A stretch of DNA of 63,861 nucleotides, the filler included, from Collodictyon triciliatum (Eukaryota): the NCBI GenBank assembly GCA_043381765.1. It is 4 parts of 4 records of this genome, joined end to end, with 100 filler letters (N's around TTAATTAATTAA, not from the genome) between each part and the next. Parts side by side here need not be neighbours in the genome. Positions count along the whole stretch, not along the records: positions 17,261 to 34,364 come from JBHJMP010001484.1; 3 more parts are not named here. One strand, 5' to 3'. Made by a program: the position numbers and the translations under genes. Positions 17,542-29,289 of the stretch are shown piece by piece. The number at the start of each line of letters is the position of its first letter. Positions within the stretch are counted from its first letter, which is position 1. The notes beneath the pieces are model-generated. The model was not told the DNA's origin, did no database searches, and saw only the letters and a program-made list of their open reading frames with translations.

Positions 17542-19279
17542 GTTTTGGACGAGGCTAGCCGCCCAGCAGGTTTGCATTAATCATACCTCTCCTTGTTTAC
17601 AGTCACTCCGTCTTTTACACTGAGTCGTATACCACTGTTAATTCTATCTGCAATATTCGCGACGAGAATTTTTCATACAGGTGAAAGTGAATGGGAGGAT
17701 GATGATGATGATGGTGATGATGGGACTGCAGACGAAGAGGACGAAGATCCAGGACTCCGCCCATCAGCGTTTAACCCAGCCGACTTTGTTGATGACTCTG
17801 TCATGAAGTTTATTGGACACAAAGGTCCGTATCTTTCAACTTCCCTCATAATGATTAATTGCTAAAGAAGAAGAAAGAAGTATATTATCATGGTCATTCT
17901 GTAATGTTATCCTTATCATCACCATTATAGAGCCTTATATTCTCTGATTTTACAGATGCTGTATACAGTGTCAGTTGCCACCCAGGAAATGCCGATGTCA
18001 TTTTGACTGGTGGCGGAGATGATAAAGCTTTCTTGTGGAATAGAAATGACGGTTCTATACTCTTTGAGTTGTCAGGTATACTTTGGTTATTCAATTTGTT
18101 TTATTTGGGTAATTACTGTGTTTGTGGCTGATATCTGAACAAGGCAAAATCACTCCTCTGCTGAAGCATATGTTGACATTATATGATATCAACGATTTAA
18201 CTACTGACACCCGCGAATTAATGTACTATACCGCGTAAGTATATGAATCGGTCTGAAGTAATTCATACTATTTTATGTAAAAGGGCATACTGACTCTGTG
18301 TCGTGCACATCTTTTAATCATGACGGCTCATATGCAATCACTGGTGGTATGGACGGGACTATTCGCGTATGGAACCCGCTGACAGGTTGGATTTATATAT
18401 GTTTCATTTGAAGCTCTTATCATATCATTTCTCTCCTGTGTTTGGACCACCGTCAATATTATACGAGCCGCATCTGGGCATATAATACAATATATAACAT
18501 AAATATTAGGGGCATTGGTAACAACACTGGAAGGCCCAAGTGATACAATCGAAGTGCGCTGACCAAATATACATAATTATTATAGACCTCCGAAAACAAA
18601 AGAAAAAAACTTCACAATGCTCTCTAAAATTTCTTTGTGTATTTGTAATAGTGGGCTGAGTTCCATCCTCGTGGCAATGTCGTCTTGGCTGGGTCGGCTG
18701 ATACAACCGTCTGGATGTGGAATGTCCCTTCTGGAAAGTGCATGCAGGCTAGAATCTACTCTATGCCAAACTTAATCGAGCGTCCTTTTTGTTGATGAAA
18801 CTAAGGCGATGGCTCGTCCATTAATATTTTTATTCATAAAGTCATTGAACAATTTTAATCACTACTATATTCTAAATTCGCCCACAAAACAGGTGTTTGT
18901 GGGTCACGTTTCCTCTGTTATATGCGGAGGATTTACCCCCGATGGTAAGCCACCTTTCTCTATATTAATTTTCTTGTTTCCTTTCGTTTCCTTGCCTTTT
19001 TCTCTCTGTCTTAAAAGTAATAAGTAACATACATATAGCAATCATTTCAATCGTACAGTAGTGACTGTGTTTGGATTAATTACGATTTCAAAAATATCTA
19101 CTCGAAATTATCTAGGCAAGCTTGTTGTTGGCGGATCTGAAGATGGCATTGTGCTTGTATGGAACCCTAAAGATGGCTCTATAATGCAACGGTTCGAAGG
19201 TCCACTCCCACTTCGATTTCCTCCTAATCTATTGAAATAGTATTTGATTGACTTATTGTTGAATTTCATAGAGCATTCT

Positions 19280-19376
<97 letters not shown>

Positions 19377-20642
19377 TAAAGGGTAATAAAGGGTAATAAT
19401 AAAAAAAAGTGCGCGTGGAGTCCAGTGAATACGCTGATATTTTCCGAATAATATATTATAATATTGACCATATCACGTTATAAAAACAGGAGAACTTTTT
19501 CATTCAGACGCCATCTCATCTATTGCCTTCCATCCCTCATCTCCACTTGTGATGACTGGATCTAGTGACTGCACGACAAGAGTTTCCCGTCTTGACAACG
19601 GCAAGGTCTTTTTATAGCGCTCCTTTTCTTTTCCTTCTTTCCTTCTTTCCTTCTTTCCTTCTTTCCTTCTTTCCTTCTTTCCTTCTTTCCTTCTTTTTCT
19701 TTTCTTTTTTCTTTTCTTTTTTCTTTTTCTTTTTCTTTTTCTTTTTCTTTTTCTTTTTCTTTTCTTTTCGTTTTCTTTTTCTTTTTCTTTTTGTGACGGA
19801 AAGTAATTCATCGACTGAAAACTTTCTCCTATTCGCCTATTGTGCAGCTTTATATGATGCTTTCCTTCTCTTTCCGTGTAGGTGTTGGGCTCATTTCAGC
19901 ACGATGATACTGTTGAAGCAGTCGAATTTGCTCATACGTATTTTTTTTCCACCATTTTTTCATTTATGGAGAATGGATAAATGAATCAAAATGTAAGTCA
20001 CGTTTACCTCTCATCTTTCCATACATAGGCTACCGCTTGCAGCCTCTGCGACCATGGATGGGAAGCTCAACGTCTGGGACCTTAATACAGTCCAACTCAG
20101 ACAAACATGCTCTGTGGAGGTATAGTTTGCCATCATCACCTATATTGTAGACCGTGAGGTAGTCTCACATAATCCTCTGATATTGAATAATTCAATATCA
20201 TCCTCTTGCTTCCTTTTACATTTACGGTTATGTCTGTAAATGAATCTGTACCTCAAAGTGCGACTCACCAAGAGGGCTCCAATTTTTAGGGAGAGGGATT
20301 TACAAAGCTGTTTTTTGACCACACAAGCCCACTGATATACTCGTCTCTGAACAGCGGGAAGTTGAAAATATGGGATTGCCGCAGCGGGCAATGCGCCCGG
20401 ACTTACGGAGGACACCGCGACATTGTCCTCGACATCTCCCTGACCAGGTAATTGACAAAACCCTGATGAATTACCCAGACCTAAGCGCACCCAGTTGATA
20501 AACTTAGTACAAACACTCTTTCATCTTTTGAATTCAACTATTCTGCTAAATATCCTTTTTTGTATTTTTTTCCGTTCAAAGTGACTCACGCAATCTGGTG
20601 AGCTGCTCCGACGACCATAGCGCCCTTGTTTTCAACTTGTAA
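17542..20642 (+). CDS. WD40 protein, AAMP/SQT1-like ribosome assembly factor, 5'-partial
   Basis: Acidic N-terminus, then DDSVMKFIGHKDAVYSV, ILTGGGDDKAFLW, GHTDSVSCTSFNHDGSYAITGGMDG, EWAEFHPRGNVVLAGSADTTVWMWNVPSG, FTPDGKLVVGGSEDG and LVSCSDDHSALVF. TAA at 20640-20642. The first exon(s) are lost at the contig start. Confidence 0.88.
19281..19373. repeat. (AAT)n microsatellite, intronic
   Basis: About 30 units. Confidence 0.95.
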
Positions 20643-20908
20643 TCATCCAAGCGGCAAGAGTGGTTAAGAAATCATAAAATTGAACGCAACAGCAAATGGG
20701 AACGGTTTTTCTACCGCCTGAGTTTGACAATTGCCGAGGCGGTGTCGACTCCTTGCTGCCAAATATAAAGCATAAATCAGATGAAATATCGCAGTCGTCG
20801 ATGGGTAGAACGAGCAAAAGGAGTTTCGATAATTTCCACTTCCTCTTTTCCATTCTTTTCTTTTCTTTTTTTTTTCAGGGGTTTTTATTTATTTATTTAT
20901 TTATTTAT

Positions 20909-23900
20909 TTATTTCATCTTTGCCACTAAGCCCATCGGCTGTTGAGGGAGTTGATTGCGGAGACCGAAGAGTTCCCTCAGCAGAGAAGCGAATATGGAGT
21001 AGTTGAAGCGCCTTTAATCAATGCTGTTCTCTCTGAGTAATGGAGACGCACAGAGCCACACCACGACGAATCCACTACCGATGCGAGTAGGTAATCAAGT
21101 GTTTGCGCTCATCTTTGGAGGTGCAGCGCTTGCCGTGTTGGCAAGGAATCAAAATGTCGGGCCAGCCCGTGTGGCTTTGGGACTGCCGGTGGGCTATATC
21201 CCCGACCAACGAGCAGCGGTTTCCCTGTGGACATGAGGGCAGAGGAACGTGGTAGTAGGACGAATTATGAGTCATATTGCCTGACTGCAGGTGTTGGCAG
21301 CCGCTTCCGAAGCGGCACGGGTGTGAGAAGAGGGCCTGGTGGCCTGGGTTGTTGTTGTATGCGTTTTTGCATCCGGAGCCATCTGGGCACACCGCTGCAA
21401 TGGGGTGGCTGAACTCGTCTCGGTGGGCCTCTATGTGGTATTCCAGGCAGCTCGCTTTGTTGGGGCAATCAGATGAGGCAGCTTTATCCTTGGGGCCCGA
21501 TGTCACTGCTGACCCGTTCCCTTTTGGTCGTGTTGGAGTCGACTGTGCATCTGGCTTTGGTGCATTTGCAAAAAAGCCAATCATTTTCTGGAAAAGGCCT
21601 GGCCCTGACTGTTCATTATTCGTGCTGTCATCTTGGTCAGCAGATGTACTAGTAGGCGGACGAGGATTGGTACTGGAGGGAGTAGAAGGAGTGGGCATAG
21701 GCTGTGCACTAAATTTTGCCGGCGTTGGGGCAGGAATAACTATGCTTGGCTCCTCGATTTCCTGCTCAAGGATGCGTACATCCACGTAGTTTGTGGGGAA
21801 GGAATCACTTCCAAACGCCACGAATCGGTGGTCAACAGGAGACTTTGGGCGGAAGCACAGCTTCTTTCGGTTGTATACCAGAGCTGTCCCAAAGTGTTGG
21901 ATGGTGATGTCGTTTGCAGCCACGGAGATATGATACTCTATCAAGTTGGATGAATCCAAGTTGTGGTTGATTCCGGTTACATGGGCTTGATATGATTTTG
22001 ATGCAATGGGTCCTTTAGGTGAGGACACATACCTGTCAAACACATATATGTCACTCCTTTGCGCTCCAGTCTTGAAGTAGATTGTGGTGACGTTTCCTGA
22101 CTCAATGCTGTTTCTCTCGATACTGGAGCATAAATACACGAAAAACTTTGAACCCATAGCTCGGAAGTATAAATGCCCAAGTCCTGGTGCGCTGAACGAA
22201 CCAGGGAGTATTGTTGGGAAGGATTCAGGTTCAGTAGAGAATGAGAATCCTATAAGTCCACAAGGTTGGTCAAAGAACTCGGCTCCTTTCCTTTCAACTT
22301 CCCACGATGCGAGTGTTATTTTCTTTTCATCGCCCCCTTGGTCGGTAGGCGTGATGACTAGGATTTCCTTCTCAAAGTTTGGAAAGATTTCCTTCAGTCG
22401 TTCCTTCGTGTCATTATCGACTCGTGCCCATATGTCCTTTAAAAAAATGGGAAAAGAAAAAACAAGATACATGCATAATTAGTCCAATTGAACAGACTGG
22501 CGGAAATCCTCTGGATGAGAGTATTATATAAAGAGATGTTAAAAACTTACTTTCGGCGCGATAATTTTGTGCACGTATGAGATGGGAATAAGTGGTGGCA
22601 GATGGCACTCTGTGATAAAATGAGAATCGACATTTTCCCAGGCAGTTTTTAAAGAGTCCACATCATCACACGCATGCCCTTTGCTTCTCAAGTAACTTAC
22701 AACCTCATCAGCTAGGCGTTCGACCCACTTCGGCTCTGTTGCATGAACCTTATATTTGTCAAACTGTTCTCGCTCTTTTCCTGGGACGTGGGTAATCCAC
22801 GGCCTTCCATCCGTTATTTTGCCACTGTTGAATGCAGTACCAGCAGCCGGTGTTGTATTTGTGTCGGGGTGGTAAAGGATATCCTGTTTGAAAATCAGAC
22901 TGATAGCGCCATAATAACCTCCCTAGATTGGTCAATCAACCTTTAGTCAGAGATGAGCTATTGAATCAGATGCATCATTATTGATAATCAGGCCATGCAG
23001 CGCCATGTCAAACATTTTTTTCTTACTTCTGAGGTAAGGACTAAAATAAATGAACAAATAATGTATATTTATATATAAAGGACAAAAGCATGAATTATTG
23101 AATATTGACATTACTGTATGTGGCCCGAGAATACTGAAGACATGTTGGTTAGTACCCATTTTAATATCCACCTCATACTTGATACCCGTGTGGTGTGTAT
23201 GGAGGTGATGACATGCTTTTCCTATGTCCATGGAGATTTTTTCGAGTTTATGGACATCGTCTATGGTAACCCCGTTGTCTGTGCAACTTTTTCCTAAAGC
23301 CTTTAGTCTCTCTGTACTATTTTGCAGAAGACCTTTGTTCTCTCCACCGCCACTATATGATACTTCTGAGATGCACATTGTCACGCGATGCTCCACATAT
23401 TCATCAACTGCCCTTTTGCGTTCGAGAGCAACCTTTGTGATCTCCCTAGGTTTTTTACTGGTCACCTGACGAACGAAAGGATGATTTTTGACCTCCTTAG
23501 AGACATACTCTGGATTCTGTAGCTTGTTCATAGTTTCCAACGACATCACCATACCATGCAAAACTACTGATTGGAATATTTGGATGTTACAACGGTGCAC
23601 TGGCTTTAGCTTTGCAAACCAGTTCAAAATAGCAGGACTGATTGGCTTCACATGTGGCTTTATTACAGCGTCTGCCTGGGCCATATTTTGTCGAAAAGGA
23701 ATGGTGACATTCAACATGTTGCTATGACACACAGGGTACAATCGTTTTCTATGATAAAATTCCAGGTAGTGTCCGACCTCATGTCGCTCCGAGCAGAGTT
23801 CCCCTTTTTCGCAGTATCTTCTGATATCCTGCATTCCCTCGTGCGAGTAAAGCATGCAATGGTCGTCATCAGTAATCCTTTCACAAGACTTGGAAGAGCC

Positions 23901-26900
23901 GCATTTAGCTCGGACTACATGCACAAACTGTCTCAAGTGAGTTGAGTCACCTAGTCCATCACAAAACTGGCCCCAAATACAAACATGAGAGTAACTCTCT
24001 TTGTGATTAGCTGTAGGCATTAATGGACACTCTCCAATTCCTTCGACACAGACAGGAAGGAAATGATGTTCAAAATCTTCATAGTGCTCTTTGTCATTGT
24101 ACTTTGTACAAAATGTTCCTTCTGCACATTTCTTTTTGAAATGTCTAAACATCGTTTTATGAGATACATCGGATAGTCTCTGGCATTTGTGGCCCTCTGG
24201 GCATTCAGGCAAATGGAGGAATGATGCAAGATGAATCTTTTCTTGATTTGAGCAAAACTCTTTCAGGCTGCACTCTGGTGGGTGGGCGTAAAGTTTGGAA
24301 TGTTTAGGGTTGGCCCAATCCCTACATAACCCGCCATGTCTGCAATCACTTTTGTGAATCCAGCTTTCCCAGTGAACCAACCCATCATCATCGCTTTCAA
24401 TTTCCATACATTGGTGCTTATGGGGACAAATGAAGGGATGTGAATATTGCTGAGAATGAACAGAATCCTTTTTTGTACATTCAATTCCATAATAACAAGG
24501 GCTGAGATGAGAGTTGGTCAAGTCACATTGTAATGGTTGTATCTTTTTCCCCTTGAATTCTTCGTTAAAAATTTTAAAATTACCTTCGGTGTTGCCTTTG
24601 CGGAATGAATTGTGGTCGTCTATAACCGAGAATATAATACGTGAAAAGAATCCTCCGTACATCTTGAGACATTCCCCAAAGATTTTTGAGACCAATTTTG
24701 GTGGGTTTCCATAAGCACCGCACCCAAAGGCACTCAATATTATAATATCATGTTTATTATCCACAGCAACTGCGAGCATGGTTTTTATCTTCTGCATCAT
24801 CTTAATGATGTATTCGCGCTTTTCTCTCTCACTGGCGATGACAGGTGATTTCACTGGTGCCACAGCTACGAAATCTACGAGAAAGGGCTCTTCTAGGAAC
24901 TCGTAACCGGAATCCTCCCCTTTACGGAAGACTGTGACACCGGGGGAATACACTGCCCCAAACTTCTTCATGGGGTATTTAGGCCTTTTTTTTGGCCTTG
25001 TATTCTCTTTATCCAAATCATCCAAGGTCATGTAATAATTGGAACGGCGAAAAATAATTTCCTCCTGTGAAACTTCACCTCGGCGGTAGCCCCCTCCAGC
25101 TTGTTTTGCAGAGGTCATATTCAAAACGAGAGGTTTTTTCTGTTGTTGACGCAATTCTCGTGCAATTTCCAAGCAATCCTTGTTTATCACTTCTGCTTTG
25201 AAAGGAAGGTCGCTCTGACGGACTCCTCTTATTGGTGGAGTATTTTCGTACGATACCGACTCAACGGGTTCCACAATCGACACTTGTTTTCCCGATGGCG
25301 ATATGTAGTTTCCCATCCTGCATACACCTATTGTGTTGAGCATCACAGTAACTCGCATTCCTTTCAATTTCGTAAAAATTGAGTCTTTATTACCTGTGTC
25401 AATCTCTTTCTCATATAATTCAGTTAAATGTGCAAAATTGCGCGACCATTCCATTTGGCTCCACTTACGGTGGAATATTTCTTCTCGGTTCATATAGTGG
25501 TCAACACTGTGAACATCACCAATGCGGTCATACCAGGTGGCATCAAATTCAGGACTTTCTATGGGAATGCTGGGGTCAACTACCGGAAGAAATGTCAAAT
25601 CGGAAAGTAATATCCCGTTCCCCTTGGCAATATCAACAGCCTTTTCAGGTGAGTATATCGATAGGATGAATCTGCCATCTATTTCTTTTATTGTAAATTG
25701 TGTATCCTTTAACGTCTTTGAACTCTTCAAATCATTTTCCAATAATTTGAAATCTCTGCGATATTTTAGAGGAGGGTTAAGAAATGCAAACTTTGCAGGT
25801 TGAGATGATGTGATGATTAATATTTGGTCCTTAATCACTACGGATTTCAACGATAAAATCTTTTCGTACTCGAATATTGAATCAAAGCACAAAGTTGCTG
25901 TAGAGGTTGTGTAATCAATATCAATAATTTTAGGTACACCGTCATCAAGCTTGCCAAAGCATGCATCAATATCTCTTTCCTTGATCGTTGTTATCACTCC
26001 ATCAAGAATCAAAGTAAGGCAATCAGGGAATGTTTTCATCTCAAACACCGTTTCTGCTTTAATTTTAATATTATCATTCACACATTTCTTTGCCTCTTCG
26101 ATTGTCTTAAAATAGATGCCGTAAATTCGTGGCGAGAGCTTGATACATGATTGTGCTTCACATACCGAGGTCAAAGTCATCTCAAATCGCGAAGGGACTG
26201 TGATGCCATCTGGGAGCTGAGCGAGGATTCGTATTGGGTAGACTTCAAAGAGGCTAACTCGATGCTGTCCCGAAAATGCAATCGAATCGCTTCCTTCTGC
26301 AGGGTCTTTTGGGCATTCGATGGTCAAAAGTCCTAATTCTCTGCATCTGTTGGTACTGGCATTTGGGTTTTGCTTTACGAGTCTGTCGATAAAGTCTAGT
26401 GCCTCGCGGTTCATGAAAGCTTTCCCTATGTGTGGAATGATATAAAATTGTGTATTTGCTTTCTCCAGTTTTACGAATGCATATTCGTTGCTTGCTATCG
26501 TGAGAAATTCCTTTCCTGAGAATTTGTCCTCAAATATGACCAGGGGAACTGCAAAAATTGCACGAAAATATCTTTTTCCGCCAATTAACTTCAGGTCACT
26601 CGAGTATTGCGTCAATTTTCTAATTTCGTCCGCAACTTTGTCATACACATAGGGTATAACACCTTCAATACTGATATACTCGTGCACTTTCACCTTCGTA
26701 ATATACATAGAGTGAGGCTCGACAGAAAATTAACCATAAAAAGATGTATTCCCGTGAGAAAAAATAAGCATTTGATGAAGTTTATGAAATTAGTTTTTTT
26801 CATTTCTTTTAAAAATATATACATTCCTGAGTATGTAATTTTTAAAAACATTGGTACAAAAATTACAGGTTTGACATCCGGGATTGGGAAAATATATAAG

Positions 26901-27987
26901 GATCTCAGATCGACGTATTCGAGAATATAAACCTTGATTATTATTTAAAAAAAGCGATATCTTATGCGATGTCAATTGAATATGATAGCATAGAAACGAA
27001 GTAATTAAAGTGTGCTTATTCTCCTCCTGAAGCGGTGAGAGAAACGGATAAGAAAAGACAACTTAAAGTAAATCCAGAGTCGTCGATGTGTATATGTAAT
27101 ATTAATAACGTACTAAATTTCCTGCATATGATGCAGATGATCCAAATATCTGGTGAATTATTCTTCCCATTTCAGCAGTTACTTGGAGTCCAGATACATC
27201 ATGTTGGCGACAATGAAAAACACTCTCATAGGAGATTTGGTAGGCACTGAAGAATTGTTCCACATACTGGAGGTTACGAGTACCAAACCCTTTGAAGAAG
27301 ACAAAGTATGGAGATCCGTTTTTCTTGATATGGTATGGGCGATACTGTAGGTTGGGATGTAAGGAATTAGGGAAAGATTTGGCTTGTGTAAATAATCGAA
27401 GCAAAGACACGACCATCTAGGACCAGAGGCAGATAAATATGTATAACAGACAGACGAAATATCGCAAAGATAAAAGAAGATAAATGTCCAATCCGCTTTC
27501 GGGGCCTTGTTATCGAGTGTGAAACGTTAAAATTGGGTCTCATACAGAAGCATCCAGATAGTGACACCTACTACAAAAAGAAAAAAGGAGAGAGAAAAAA
27601 AAAAGAGAAATAAAAAAAACAAAGGAGAGAAAAGAAAAAGAAAAAGAAAAAGAAAAAGAAAAAGAAAAAGAAAAAGAAAAAGAAAAAGAAAAAGAAAAAG
27701 AAAAAGAAAAAAAGAAAAAGAAAAAAAGAAAAGAAAAAGAAAAAGAAAAGAAAAAGAAAAGAGAGAAGCTAGGGAAGCCCGGCGTAACGAACCAGCTGCT
27801 CGGGAAGAACGTCAGGGTAGTCGAGCGCATAAGCTACAAACAAACTGCGGTTCGGGCTTCCAGAGGCAAAATCTGACGAGAAGTGGAATCCTAGTTGGGA
27901 CAGCTGGGTTCTGGTCTGTGCTACATCTCCCAAAGGCGCGAAGAAGACAAACAGGACGCTGTCCCCTCCTCCTCCACTTGAGCTCAT
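20909..27987 (-). CDS. Multidomain ADP-ribose protein: RRM-like repeats + microbial-type PARG (TIGR02452/DUF2263) + 10 PBZ-like fingers + putative DarT-like ART domain + beta-rich domain + 5 PBZ-like fingers
   Basis: Proposed ATG at 27987 (MSSSGGGG), then several small exons, a 3603-nt exon (26717-23115), exon 22922-22551 and an exon at about 22437-21075. A terminal exon to TAA 20909 is possible; otherwise the stop is TAG 21075. PARG motifs: PLVLNMTSAKQAGGGYRRGEVSQEEIIFRRS, VYSPGVTVFR, ILSAFGCGAYGNPP. Repeated C-x5-C-x6-11-H-x5-H units. Confidence 0.85.
27570..27762. repeat. (GAAAAA)n microsatellite in intron 1 of the PARG gene
   Basis: Direct inspection. Confidence 0.9.
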
Positions 27988-28249
27988 TAAAAGGCCGAAA
28001 GGAAGGCGGAGTGGCTAGCGGCAAGTGGCAGGCTTCAAGGGTAAAAAAAAAAAAAGAGAGACAAAAGGATAGGTCAAACAGAGAAAATTAAGTGCAACAC
28101 ATAGCCAGAAGTATGTCAAGATTCTGGGTGTTTTTTTTTCTTTCTTTCATGTCTCTCTTTAATAGTCACAATTCGGCAGGGATTCCAGTACGTTCACAAA
28201 CACCTTGATCGCAGTTGATCAGACTGGTTTCGGTGCATGAGTCAAATAG

Positions 28250-28337
28250 GGATCAAATAATAGGATCAAACGAGAATCAAACGAGGATCAAATAAGGATC
28301 AAATAAGGATCAAATGAGGATCAAACGAGGATCAAAT
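28250..28337. repeat. Degenerate GGATCAAA(T/C)-containing tandem repeat (about 11-nt unit)
   Basis: About 8 imperfect units in the intergenic region between the divergent PARG and CDK genes. Confidence 0.8.
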
Positions 28338-29123
28338 AGGGAACTAAGACGGAAAGGCCTGACCAGGTGCACACATATCAGAAGGATGCTTGTGAGGAGC
28401 CAAGTCGAAGGTTGCCACAATGCACGAAGGATCTGAGGAAGGATTTACAGCGTTTCCGGACGAGTCGATGTTTGTTGGGAATCAGACACGCCTTCAAGAA
28501 CGCTTCGCAAGCGGCTGATTCAGCGCGTCCGTCTTGTTTTGATCTTTCGTGTGATTGAGGGAGACAAATGTCGACTGCGCACATGGTGTTGTGCGAATCA
28601 GGTGTGTGATTGAAATCAAATGAAGTAATTTACCCAATGCGCCGCAAAAGAAGCGTTGCCATTAACTGAATACAACCCGAGATTGACGCATCTGTATGAC
28701 ATCCGATATTGTTGATAATTAATGATACCGTACAATAATTTATATCAATAGGAAAGCACATACCAACCAGATTTTTTTAATTACAATAATTAATTATGTT
28801 CCACAAATGTGAAGGGTTTTTCGTCTCTGTCGCAGCCGCCTATTTTTCAGACAGGGATCGGCCTGTATCAACAAGAGAGAAGAGGGAGCAGAGGAGGGAG
28901 AAGAGCGAGTCTGACAGAGGGCGAGCCGAGTCAAAGAAGAAGAGATGGGCACCAAGATAGATGAAACTTAGCATCTTCTTTATCAGCACGCATCTACATA
29001 TTGCTTGCTGGCATTGAGCGGTTGTGCTTCCCTTTCAAAACCTTGTCAAAGAGCACGGATCCCATCGAATGCCGAGGTAAAAGCTCTCACTCTCGCCTTG
29101 ATCTAAATAGTCACGCAGCATCT

Positions 29124-29253
29124 ATGGAAAACTACGAGCTTGAGCGTCGCAACATTGGCTCCGGGAAATACGGATCAGTCTTCAGAGCAACGAATCATAG
29201 AATATTCCTTTTTTCCTTCTTTCCCATTTATTAACGTTATAATACATGTGCAC

Positions 29254-29289
<36 letters not shown>

